Assembly: GCA_039621445.1 (NCBI GenBank)
Contig: CP154954.1
Span: forward strand, 20,260,642-20,324,641
Reading direction: 5' to 3'
DNA: 64,000 nucleotides
Source: Euglena gracilis
Taxonomy: Eukaryota
Shown here one piece after another: positions 26,952-39,429 of this stretch. The translations under genes were made by a program, and so were the position numbers. The notes below the pieces were generated by a model. The model saw nothing but the letters and a program-made list of their open reading frames with translations. It had not been told where the DNA came from and searched no databases. Numbering within the stretch: position 1 is the first letter of the stretch; the number at the start of each line of letters is the position of its first letter.

Positions 26952-29900
26952 AACCACCAGATGATGACCAAAGGAGCTCAGGAATTTCCGATAATTGCGC
27001 CGGATTCTTTTCCAATCGGTCAAGATGTCTAAACTCACAGATGGCAGAACCCGCATGAGGGTAGAGGGGGTAGGGCAAGAAGGCGGTGTGGAAGGGGGAT
27101 TCTCCAATTTTGGGGGCATGGTGCAGAATAAGGTTTAGGTTTGGTTTTAGGGTCAGCATTCGGGCTTGGGTTATGAACAGATTTTGTCCATGAAACCAGC
27201 AAACAAAGCACAACACCTGAATTGAGCTTGGGTTCGCTTTGTTGTTTTTTTTTTTTTCGTTCAAAGTTGTATGTCTATACTCCATCAGAAAACAATGTTT
27301 TTAGTGAAACCCCCCGGAGGGTCTGTTTTGGGTCCTGTTGTTGCATTTCAACCTCTTGTTGAGTTTCGGCAATGTGCTCAATTTAATGGGAATTGGACGC
27401 ATAGGGTGGGGGTGGGGGCAAAAAGCCCATCACCCCCAACTCCGAGGTGGAGGGGTCAAGGTCTGGGCTGCAGCTACGGATGAGAGGGGGCAACCAACCC
27501 ACTAGGGCTCCGGCCACGAATGAGGAACAGGAGGACAGAAAGATCTTGAGGGCATTTCGGGGGGATTAAGGTTGATGAGAAGGTGGATTGTTTTCTGTTA
27601 CCCCCGGTTTGGGCCCGCAGGATGGCATGGGCTCCCAGGGCTGAGGGTGGCTCGGGGGGCTGCTCGTTGCTGCCAACCCGCTCCGCACTCCCTGCACCTC
27701 ACCAGGAGCTGCTCAGAAGCGTTTTGTCCAAACCATTATTGAGTGTGTGTGTTCCAGCCCACCACCCCCAGGGGAGGGGGTGACTTGCTTTTTTTTTCTT
27801 CGAAAGTGACCCCCCAGACCGACCAGGGGGTGGCACTCAGGATCCCACAAAGGGTTTCCTCCCGGCACCAAAATTTTTGGCATTTTTTTGAAAAGTTTTT
27901 GCGACGTGCCATTTTGGGTCGATGGAGGTCTGGAGACTCCGGAACAAAATCGGTAATTTTGTCTTTCCGCTGTTCAGGGGGTCAGACCCCCCAGGTGACC
28001 TGCGGTCCCCTAACACTGGGCCATCCATGCATCCATGCAGCCCTTTTGGCCCCCCCCCCAAATCAAAATTGGTATATTTTAAATGCAGAGCAGACCCCAC
28101 CAACATTGTGCCACTCTGTTGGAACCAATCTGGTTCAGACGTTCATCCCGGCCTTGTTGTTTGCGATGGTAAACCCTCAAGTTTTTACTTGGCAAAGGTC
28201 TCTCGGGGGGGGGGGGGGATATGCTGAGCACATATTTTGCGTATATTTTGCATATTTAGTGCATATTCAGGGCATATTCTGAGGGTTTCAGGATTTTCCC
28301 ACTGCATATTTTGCTCGTTCCCGCTTATTTTTTTTAAATGTTTTCTTCATCTTATTCGGGCCGTCATGAATTGCTTCCAACCATTTCAGGCCATTTACTT
28401 CCATTTCGGGGACGGATTTTCGGCCCTTTTTTTTTGCGATTCCGGACCTTTTTTTTTGCCATTTTGGCCAAAAATTGGTCAAAAACTGGTCTAAAACGGC
28501 CCCAAAATGGCGAAAATGGTGGGAAATGGTCCGAAAACGGCGGATCGTGGCTGGGTTTGGGCTGAAATGGCCCTAAATGGCTTGAAATGACCTGCCATTT
28601 GGGTCACCTGAATATTTCCAGTTCCGGAAGAATTGCATACTTTCTGCATATTTAGCGCACATTCCCACATATCTAAACGCATATTTGGGGGGCTTTTGGC
28701 ACATATTTCCCCTGCCCTGTTATCTGTCGCAGAAGGCTGTCAGCTTTGCTCTCAGCCTTTCGAACCGGATTTCCTTTTCCTTTTTTTTTGCATTTGCAAC
28801 CAACACCATGCAGAAGATCAATGGGGACACAGTTATGTATGCCCATGAACCAATCCGTCGTATAAAATCATGGCAAGTTCTATTTGTGTGCGGTTTCAAT
28901 GTGGCAATCCGTGCCCCAATCCAAAAAAACATTTTCAGCAGCAAGCAACCAAACCCATTGAAGGCCCAGCAGTGGGTAAGAAGACAGACGACAACAGAAT
29001 ACCATTCCGTTGTCATCTTCCAAAAAACCCAATAAATTTCAGGTTTGGGTATTAAAAAAAATCCCCAAGCATGGCAAGCCCAGCCCGCAACGCGAAGGCC
29101 GCTTGCATGTCCAGATGAAATCAGTGGCAAGGGCCAGCAGAAAACAGGCATTGGAAAGCCAGGACTGCACTTCCAGGGGCCAGGGCTGCACTTCCAGGGC
29201 CACGCCGGACGGGGGGGAGAAAGATACCAGGCCAGGAGGGCACAAGAAGACCCAGGCGGCGCAAGATTGCACAGTGGAAAGGAATGGTTTCCTCAAAAGA
29301 CCATTCGGGCTTTGCACACTCCTGCTTTGTGTGCCAGCTGTTTTATTGTCTTTGTGTTCTTCTTGGCGGGGTGCTTCTTACTGCTTTTTGGTGCCGGAGT
29401 TGGCGGATAACGGCCTTCGAAAACATCAGGTGGCAACGTACGCAGAGAAACTAAACATCCGAGGATGAAGCTGTATTCAACAATTCGTTGAGAGAGTTGT
29501 TCTTCAACGAGGGCAATGTGGCGAAATTATTGGCAGAATCGTCCCCGGAATCCCTCGTTGCCGTCACCGAGGCCGGGCAAAAATGGCTTGGCGGCGGATG
29601 GCACACGACAAAGCGTGCAAAAAAGGTCCACGAGCTGACACAGGTGGCGATGGTCCCCATTCAGGTCGGAGACTACAGGAGTACTCCCGGGAAGTCTGAC
29701 CAGGGAGGAAGTGACCATGAGGGCGGAGCACAAGAGGGGGGTGAGATCCTGCTTTGTGTGCCGGCTGTTTTGTTGTTTGTGTTCTTTTTGGCGGGGTGCT
29801 TCTTACTGCGACTTTGGTGCCGGAGTTGGCGATGATGTGCTCTCCGACACCGACTTGGCGAAGGTGAACCGCAGGGGCCCCCCGGCCTGTGAGCAGGGGC

Positions 29901-30069
29901 GTTTCCCCCCCCCCCGAGGATGCTTTTCTTTTTCGGGTGGGTTGGGTGGGCTCACCCCCCTCTTGTGCTCCGCCCTCATGGTCACTTCCTCCCTGGTCAT
30001 TCTTCCCGGGAGTACTCGACCATTCGGGCTTCGCACCTTCAGGGGGTGAGACTGTGTGCACGACCCCGG

Positions 30070-30936
30070 TTTCAAATTTTTTCTTTGCCGAATCCACCGC
30101 CCCCAATCTTAGGTAATGGGCTGAAAAAGCTGTGGCATTTTTCCACTGCCCAAGTTCACACACCTCCTCACTGGACAATCCCAGCTTTTTGTACATCAAA
30201 AACTCCTGCCCCCCTGGTGCTGTGGGCTTTCCAGTGGGAAATGGGAATGCCAAAAGTGTCCAACAACTCCTTTGTCAAAGAGTTGATTCTGTTGGAGGAC
30301 AAGGGTTTTTTGCCATCCAAACTCCACAACAGAGGGGCACCCTGGGGGATGAAAGATGTTCTTTCCACACACTCTCTCATCAAATGATATGGACTCAAAG
30401 ATGGAATGGAATCAATCTTCAACACTTGCTCCCACTTTGGTGAAGGCCATCCCTTTCTCCTGACCAAAATGAAAAATTTTTCCCCCACCACTGAAATGGT
30501 CCTCTGGGTTCTGGCCAGGTCCACCCCCCTGTGAAGAGCCAAAAGTCTGAAAGACAAAATGATTCTCCATCTCAATTCCACGATGGACATGTCAGAAATT
30601 TTTGTATGGCTCTGCAACTTTTGCAAAATGGGTAGGGGGTCCCAAAAAACAGCATACCTCTGCACTGAACGATTCCATTCCTTTTTTACTTTTGTCAGTA
30701 AAGGATGAAATCTGATGGACTCCCAACCAGGTAAATATTGCAGTGAGGCATACGCACATCGAGCATCGCTTTGTGACAGTTTGTGAAGGTCCAGCAGGGC
30801 AGTGGCCAGCTCCATCTTGGAGACTTGCAAGGGCTCCAATCCTTTCTGTTGCAAAATTACAAACAGTTTTCTGAATGCACTGTCATAACGTTTCAGTGGT
30901 CCCAAACTCCTCAGGACATTTTCAATGTCTTGATGT
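30070..30936 (-). CDS. DIRS tyrosine recombinase (frameshift near 30200)
   Basis: LALHRGVDLAR (catalytic Arg region), KAHSTRG (HxxR), then GQWKNATAFSAHYLR (W, Y) in the shifted frame. Overlaps the MTase ORF, as is typical of DIRS. Confidence 0.88.
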
Positions 30937-33900
30937 GACATTTTTTGCTGTTCCAAAAGGAACCTGATACCACTGTGCAAGCCAGGGGCCATTTTGGCTT
31001 TGGCATTGATTGCCCCCAACAGTTGCTGAACATGCCTTCCCTGGGGGGTAAGACCAACATTCCTGTCCCTGGTTTGGACATTTTGATTAATAGGGGCCAC
31101 CATGGACTCGAAACCCACATGGGTGTCACCAAAAGACATTTCACCTGCTTTTTCAGCCTCAGTCTGATGAGCCATGGAAAAATTACCTTCCATGGGGGGT
31201 TGGCATAAACCTCTTTGGCTGAGCTCAGGTCGCATTTCAATGCATCCACCAAAAAGCCTGGTGGTGTGGCCATCTGGCCACAAATTTTTGGAATTTTGCA
31301 TTTCCTGGAGATGCAAACATGTCTGTGTCTGGAGTAATGTCCTTTCTGAAGAACCTCAAAATTTGGGTGAACAGGCTTGGGCACAGGGTATAATCCCCCC
31401 TGTCTTGATCCCACCTTGTGAGGGGGTCTGCCAACATTGCTGCTGAAGGAACCCACTGAACCTGCAACTGAACTTGGTTTTCCCAACACCAATGAAACAG
31501 GGGTTCCAAAATCTGATTGAGGTGTGTTTTTCTGCCTCCCCATTTGGTAAGGTAACTCAGTGCTACCTGATTGTCTACATTTAACAGCACTGTCTCCCCT
31601 GGCTGGGCAAATGCTTTTACTGTCTGAACAGCTGCCATCAGTTCTTTCACATTTATGTGTAAGCAATTTTTCTCCCTCCAAAATTCTTGGATGATTTGAT
31701 TTTGGGATGAATCCACTCCCCCCCATGCCCATGTGGAGGAGTCTGAATGGAGCACCCTTTTTGCCTGTTGCAGGAAAGGCCTGCCCAGGCCTGGCTGCAA
31801 GTATGCCTTCAGCACTTTGATTTCCCCTTTCAGCCTTTCTGGAATGTCGATGCAAAAATCCCAGCCCCTTTCTTGGTGCATCTGGCTGAACTTTAAAAGC
31901 TCCTGGGTTACCAGCCTTAAAAATGGCAGAGCAGGGAGGTAACTTCTGACTTGCCCCAGAATGCTGGCTATTTTTCTGCAACTTAGTTTTTGGGCCAGCA
32001 CCACCTTGCCCAGTTCCTTTCTGATAGTTTTTAATTTGTGTGGGGGCACCTCCAGCTGACCTTTTTCCAAGTCTATGATGAACCCCAAATGCTGCAGCCT
32101 TTGTGTTGTAGTAAACACAGACTTTTTCTGGCTGACCTTGAACCCAGCCTCCCCTAATGTGTCCAGCATTTGCAGTAAATGTTTTTTCACCAAATTTTCT
32201 GTTGAACCAAACAGAATGATGTCGTCCAAATAGACGAACACCTGCATTCCCTTTGACCTCCACAGTTTTAACAGAACTTTCATTAGTGACATGAACAATT
32301 TTGGGAGGGTGCTTAGGCCAAAACAGGCCCCCTGAAACTCCCACAGGTCTGATCCCACTTGAATTCTGACAAATTTTTTGAAATCGTTTTCCAGACCCAG
32401 ATGAAAGTATGCATCTTTCAAATCTAGTTTGACTGCCCAATCCCCCTTTTTCAGAGTGGGGAAAATTGTGGACATGTTTTCCAAAGTAAACTTTTCTGGA
32501 CAGCAAAATTGATTTAGATCTCGACAATCTGTGATAAGTCGATGCTTGACCCCCTCCCCTTCTGGTTTGGACAACACAAACCAGGGTACCAGATGGGCAG
32601 TGTCTTGGGCATTTTGTACTTTTTTGGTTGCCCCACTTTCTTGGTACTCCTGCAAGATTTTGGAGGCCAGGCTGATTTCCTGCACTGACTTTTGCTGCTG
32701 CTTTTTGACAGACACAGGGGTAGGGGGTGGTCTGGCTGCACACCTTTTTGAATTAGTGCTACTACCCACTGATTTGCATTTTCCTGCCACCATGGCAGAC
32801 ATTTTCTTAGCCTCTGAAACAGAGGCACCTTTTCCCATGCCCTTTCTCTGAAATCCAGGCTTTGAATGATTCCTCTCTCCCATTCCATAGGGGGGGAGTT
32901 TGTGCTGGGCCAGGCCCCTGTCCCCATGAGCCCTTGCCAGACTGGGGATGGCTTCAGAGCAGGGGTCAGCAGGGGGATTACCTCCTCCATGGAGCTCAGC
33001 TGGGGGGTCTCTCCCCCACTCCATTGATGGTCTGGCTGTGATGGCTTCACCCCTTCTTGGGGACTTTGATGCTTCAGGCTTTGATGCTTCAGGCTTTGCC
33101 CTTGCCTTTCCTGTGGGCATGAGTAGGGAGTGGGAAGATTCAGTAGGGTATCCATACCCCTTCTGCCATCCTGGGTTCTTCCACAGGCTGCCATAGCCTT
33201 TTCCTCTCCCAGCCTTGCCTTGGCTGCCATAGCCTTTGCCTTTGCCCCACTTGAACTTAAATCCTTTATTTCCTGTGGGGATGGGAAAATGAGACATAGA
33301 ATGTCTTGAAAAGGCTGTTGCCAAGCCTGCTTGATTCAGAGCCCATTGGGCTTTGTCCACAGCCAAGTCTTCTTTGGAGAACAGCCCGTTGTTGGTGCTG
33401 GGGATTGCCCCTGGAATGCTGCACCTCTTCCTCTCCTTCAGCAGTGTCTGTTCCATCTCTGCTACAGCAAAAAACAATTGTTGTGCCAATATTTGATAAT
33501 CTGTCTCCACACTGCCATACAGGCATGCCACCATCCTTTCCAGGTGTAACATCTTTTGTTGCCATGACTTCAATTGTTTATCCCAGGCCCCTTTGCCGTC
33601 TGAGTTGTGATTGTTATCCTCTGCACGACTTTTCATCCCGTTATACCTGGGCAGCTCCCCCAGGACCATCTTCCAGGGGAGTCTCACTCCCTTTTCGACG
33701 TGCCGAAGGCACGCTGCCAGCTCTGGCGCCAGGGGCGCCAGTTCTCCTGCCAGGGGAGCCGTTCTTCCGCGTCGTCGTTGTCGTTGTCCTCCTCGTCTTC
33801 TCCGTCCTCCTCCATCGCGGACCGCTCCGCTCGTGGCGTCATCCCTTTGTCTTTCTTCGAACTCTTCTCCAGCCAACGATCCGCCAACTTGAACGCCACG

Positions 33901-34226
33901 TCCGCTGCTGTCTGCCCCAAGTCTATCAGTGGTACCTCCACACTTCCTGCCAACGCCACCGAGTACAAGAACGAATTCCTGTAGTCTCCGACTTGGCTGG
34001 AGACCATCGCCACCTGGGTCAACTCGTGGACCTTCTTTGCGCACTTCGTCGTGTGCCATCCGCCTCCCAGCCAGTTCTGCCCGGCCGCGATGACGGCGAC
34101 GAGGGATTCCGGGGACGACTCCGCCAATAGCTTCGCCACCTTGTCCCCGTTGAAAAAGAGCTCGCTCCACGAATTGTTGAAAACTGATTCATCCTCTGAT
34201 GTCAAGATTTCTGCGTACGTTGCCAT
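30911..34226 (-). CDS. DIRS gag + reverse transcriptase/RNase H + N6-adenine methyltransferase-like domain (a few frameshifts)
   Basis: gag begins MATYAEILTSED (ATG 34226). RT motifs KLDLKDAY, FGLSTLPKLF, VYLDDII. RNase H motifs HSDSS..WGG, HINVKEL, VDNQ, ADPLTR. MTase-like DMFASPGN ... YANPPW ... TPMW..SPWWPLL. Frameshifts near 33740 and 31255. Confidence 0.9.
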
Positions 34227-37200
34227 TTTGATGTTGTCGAAGGACGTTAATATCCGCCAACTCCGGCACCAAAAAGCAGTAAGAAGCACCCCGCCAAAAA
34301 GAACACAAACAACAAAACAGCCGGCACACAAAGCAGGATCTCACCCCCTGAAGGTGCGAAGCCCGAATGGTCAAACTCGTTCTTGTACTCGGTGGCGTTA
34401 TCAGGCAGCGTGGAGGTACCAGTGATCGACTTGGGGCAGACGGCAGCGGAGGTGGCGTTCAAGTTTGCTGAACGCTGGCTGGAAAAGAGTTCGAAGAAAG
34501 ACAAGGGGATGACGCAGAGAGCGGAACGGTCCGCGATGGAGGAGGACGCCGGAGACGACGAGGAGGACAACGAAAACGACGAGGCGGACGACCGGCTCCC
34601 CTGGCAGGAGGAACTGGCGCCGGCGCCAGAGCTGGCAGCGTGCCTTCGGCACGCCGAAAAAGGAGATCGACTACCGAGGAAAATGGTGCTGAGGGAGCTA
34701 CCAAGGAGTCAGGGGATAAAAGTAAGAGCGGAAGATAATAAGCATGGTTCAGATGAAAAAGGGGCCTGGGACAAGCAGCTGAAGGCGTTGCAACAAAAAA
34801 TGCTGCAGCTGGAGAGGATGGTGGCATTCCTGTATGGAAGTGTTGATACAGATTATCAAGTATTGGCACAAAAACTGTTTTTTTGCTGTAGCAGAGCTGG
34901 AGCAGACGCTGCTGAAGGAGTGGAAGAAATGCAGCATTCCTGTGGAAATCCCAAGTACAAACAACGGGCTGTTCTCCAAGGAAGATTTGGCAGTTGACAA
35001 AGCCCAGTGGGCTCTGAATCAAGCAGGCTTGGCACCAGCCTTCTCCAGATATTCCATGTCTCATTTTCCCATTCCCTCAGGGAACAAAGGATTTTAGTTC
35101 AAGTTTGGCAAAGGCAAAGGCTATGGCAGCCAATTACAATCTGGGATTGGAAAGGGTTATGGCAGCCAGTGGAGACCAGGGTGGTCCAAAGGGTCTGAAT
35201 CCTCTCTGGGAAATTTCCTCTCCCCCCTCATATTCTCAGGAAAGGCAGGGGCAAGGCCTGAAGAATCAAAAGCCCCAGGGGGGGGGTGAAACCAACAAAG
35301 CCAATCCCAGAAGGAATCAGGGCCAGCAGGCCCCACCTGCCCATGAAGGGCAAGCCAGAACCAAGATTGATCTGTGGAGAGAACCCCCAGCTGATCCCAA
35401 GGGGGTGTGTAATCCCCCTGCTGACCCCTTCCCAGATGCCATCTCCAGCCTGGCAAGGGCTCCTGGAAGGAGGAACATGGCCCACACCACACTCCCACCC
35501 AGAGGAGTGGGAGAAGGGAATAATTCAAGGGCTGGAATTCAGAGAAAGGGCATGGCTGGGGTGCCATTGTTTCAGAGACTGAGGAAATGTCTGCCATGGT
35601 GGCAGAAAAATGCAAACCAGTGGGTAGTATCACTAATTAAAAAATGGGGTGCACCCAGACCACCCTTTACCCCAGTTTCTGTCAAAAAGACAGCAGCAAA
35701 AGTCAGCACAGGAAATCAGCCTGGCTTCAGAAATCCTGAGGGAGTACCAAGAAAGTGGGGCAACCAAAAAACTGGGAAATGCCACAGGAACTCACCTGGT
35801 ACCCTGATTCGTGTTGTCAAAATCATAAGGGGAGGGGGTCAAGCATCGACTTATCACAGATTGTCGAGATCTAAATCAATTTTGCTGTCCAGAAAAGTTC
35901 ACTTTGGAAAACATGTCCACCATTTTCCCCGCCCTGAAAAAAGGGGATTGGGCAGTCAAAATGGGCTTGAAAGATGCCTACTTTCGTCTGGGTCTGGAAA
36001 AATATTTCAAAAAATTTGTCAGAATTCAGGTGGGACCAGACCTGTGGGAGTTTCAGGGGGCATGTTTTGGCCTAAGCACCCTCCCAAAATTGTTCATGTC
36101 CCCAATGAAAGTCCTGCTAAAGCTGTGGCGATCAAAGGGATTGCAGGTGTTCGTCTATTTGGACGACATCATTCTGTTTGTTTCAACAGAAAATTCGGTC
36201 AAAAAACATTTGTTGACCATGTTGAACACATTAGGGGAGGCTGGGTTCAAAGTCAGCGAGAGAAAGTCTGTGTTTACTCCCACCCAAAGGCTGCATCACT
36301 TGGGGTTCATCATCAATCTGGAAAAAGGTCAACTGGAGGTGCCCCCCAACGAATTAAAAACCACAGGAAGGAACTGGGCAAGGTGGTACTGGCCCAGAAA
36401 TTGAGTTGCAGAAAGATTTCCAGCATTCTGGGACAAATCAGAAGTTACCTCCCTGCTCTGCCATTTCAGAAGTTGGTAACCCAGGAGCCGTAAAAGTTCA
36501 GCCAGCTGCATCAGGAAAAGGGCTGGGATTTTTGCATCGACATCCCAGAAAGTCTGAAGGATGAAATAAAAAGTTTTAAAGGTATACCTGCAACCAGGTC
36601 CGGGCAGGCCCTTTTTCCAACAAGCAAAAATGGTGCTCCATTCAGACTCCTCCACATGGGCATGGGGGGGGGGGGTGGACTCCTCCCAAAATAAAATTAT
36701 CCAAGAATTTTGGAGGGAGAAACATTGTTTACATATAAATGTGAAAGAGCTGATGGCAGCAGTACAGACAATAAAAGTCTTTGGCAAGCAGGGAGAAACC
36801 GTGCTGCTAAACGTAGACAATCAAGTGGCACTAAGTTATCTCACCAAATGTGGTGGCATAAAACAGCACCGGAATCAGTTTAAGGAACCTCTGTTTCACT
36901 GGTGTTGGTAAAACCAAGTTCAACTGCAGGTCCAGTGGGTTCCTTCATCAGAAATGTTGGCAGACCCCCTCACAAGGTGGGACCAGGACAAGGGAGATTT
37001 TACCCTGTGCCCAGACCTGTTCACCCAAATTCTGCAGCCTTTCAGAAAGGAGATTGCTCCAGACACAGACATGTTTGCATCTCCAGGAAATGCAAAATTC
37101 CAAAAGTTTGTAGCCAGATGGCCCCACCACCAAGCTTCTCTGGTGGATGCATTGAAATGCGATCTGGCTTCAGTCAGGGATGTTTGTGCCAACCGCCCCT

Positions 37201-39429
37201 GGAAAGTGATTTTTCCTTGCCTCATCAGGCTGAGACTGAACAAGCAGGTGAAATGCCTTTTGGTGACACCCATGTGGGTTTCGAGTCCATGGTCGCCCCT
37301 ATTAATCAAAATGTCAAAACCAGGGACAAGAAAATTGGTCATACCCCCCAGGGAGGGAATGTTCAAGAATTGTTGGGGGCAATCAATGCCAAGACCAAAG
37401 TGGCCCCTGGCTTGCACAGTGGTATCAGGTTCCTTTTGGAACAGCAAAAGGTGCCAGATAAAGACATTGAAAATGTCCTGAGGACTTTGGGACCCCTGAA
37501 GCGTTATTACAGTGCCTTCAGAAAACTCTTTGTTAGTTTGCAACAGAATGGATTGGAGCCCTTGCAAGGTTCCAGGATGGAGCTGGCCACTGCCCTGTTG
37601 GACCTACACAAACTTTCACAGGCTGATGCTCGATGTGCATATGCCTCTCTCCAGTACTTACCTGGGTTGGAGTCCATTCGATTTCACCCCTTACTTACAA
37701 AATTGAAAAAGGAATGGAATCGTTCAGTTCAGAGGTATGCTGCCTTTTGGGACCCCTTGCCCAATTTGAAAAAACTGCAGAGCACAGAAAGGGTTTCTGA
37801 CATGTCACTTGTGGAGCTGAGGTGGAGAATCATTCTGTCCTTCAGACTGTTGTCACTTCACAGAGGGGTGAAGCTGGCAAGAACCCAAAGGACAATTTCA
37901 GTGGTTCGGGTAAAAAAAATTCATTTTGGTATGGAGAAAGGGTTGGCCTTCACCAAAGTGTGAGCAGGTGTTGAAGATTGATTCACTACCATCTTTGAGT
38001 CCATATCATTTGATGAAAGAATATGTGAAAATAACATCTTTCATTCCCCAGGGTGCCCCTCTGATGTGGAGTTTCGATGGGGAAAAACCCTTGACTTCCA
38101 ATAGGATCAACTCTTTGACAAAGGAGTTGTTGGAAACCTTTGGCATTCCAATTTCCCACTGCAAAGCCCACAGCACCAGGGGGCTGGGATTTTGATGCAC
38201 AAAAAATTGGGGATGTCCAGTGAGGAGGTGTGTGAATCTGGTCAATGGAAAAATCACACAGCCTTTTCAGCTCATTATTTACGGTTGGGGGCGGTGGATT
38301 CAGCAAAGATAAAATTTGAAAAGGGGGTCGTGCACAACGTCTCACCCCCAGAGTGTGCGAAGCCCGAATGGTCGAGTACTCCCAGGAAGTCTGACCAGGG
38401 AGGAAGTGACCATGAGGGCGGAGCACAAGAGGGGGGTGAGCCCACCACACCCACCCGGAAAAGGAAAGCATCTCCAACGAGGGGGGGGAGCAAAAACGGG
38501 CCCACATACTTCGAAAGGCCGGGGAGCCACTGAGGTTCACATTCGGCAAGTCGGTGTCGGAGAGCACATCATCGCCAACTCCGGCACCAAAGTCGAAGTA
38601 AGAAGCACCCCGCCAAGAAGAACACAAAAACAACAAAACAGCCGGCACACAAAGCAGGATCTCACCCCCCTCTTGTGCTCCGCCCTCATGGTCACTTCCT
38701 ACCTGGTCAGACTTCCCGGGAGTAAACCCCCCCCAAATAACTGTGTACCAGGCAGCCGTAAGGCCATGGTACTGTGTATGTAGGTATAAGCCTACGGCCA
38801 GATATAGCTCTGAGCCCCATACACAGTACTATGCTAGGTGGTATTCCTACAGATGGCCAACGGCCTGAATTAGGAATACCAAAGCCTAATTCTGGTTCTC
38901 CTCTCCACAGGTGGTATTCTTTGCTTTTCATTTTGACTTTGCAAGACTTGATCACCAAGTCTCATTTTTCACATTTGAAGTCCTGAAAGGACATTTGTCA
39001 CTTTGTTTGGTCCGTAGCCCATAGGGCTTCTCCCCTTGTCTTGTGCTCTGCCTCTTAATTGGGGAAAAGGGCAAACAACTTTTATATTATTCTTTTCATT
39101 TTTTGTTACTCCAACTTTTACCTTTTTGCGCACCAAAGGGCGAAAGCGAGGAAAGGTTGGACGTACACTTGGTAGCAGTTTAGGTTTTTCGATCCTTTTG
39201 ACCGCAAACGGTCGTGTGGTGCCCCGCCTATAGGCGACCACAGGCACTACAAGCCGTTTCCGGCCAAAGCCGTACGCACGGACACGTCCTCTGACGGTTC
39301 GCAGTATACGCTGCTTCAAACCTCAGAGTTCGGGTCTCTGCTTACTTTTTATACTATCCCCTCTTTTTGCACTTGTTCCTGCATTTTATCCCACAATCTA
39401 CACTTGGTTTTTGCGTTTTTGCCTTAAAA

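Larger units (their letters stand above)
29679..34372 (-). mobile_element. DIRS1-like tyrosine-recombinase retrotransposon, copy B (least decayed), inserted in copy A
   Basis: Inverted terminal repeats (~29740-29831 vs ~34254-34345). Terminal extensions are matched by an internal complementary region at ~29951-30052 (..gggagtactc|gaccattcg..). Carries gag, RT, RNase H, MTase and YR ORFs. Confidence 0.93.
29299..38724 (+). mobile_element. DIRS1-like copy A (degenerate), split by copy B at 29679-34372
   Basis: Starts gaccattcggg at 29299. gag is interrupted at ...gactacagga| and resumes |actcgttcttgtac at ~34375. RT (YLDD), RNase H, MTase and YR fragments carry stops and frameshifts. ICR at ~38340-38440. 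Right ITR and extension end gggagta at 38724, with ctc apparently displaced to 47873-47875. Confidence 0.9.

Noticed and set aside
30911-31400. DIRS adenine methyltransferase as a novel system
   Set aside because: A Dam-like MT domain after RNase H is an established feature of DIRS1-like elements.
31237-34170. The 977-aa ORF as a natural gag-pol fusion
   Set aside because: Its N-terminus is out of frame with the true gag start, and comparison with copies A and C shows frameshifts; the fusion may result from indels or assembly errors.
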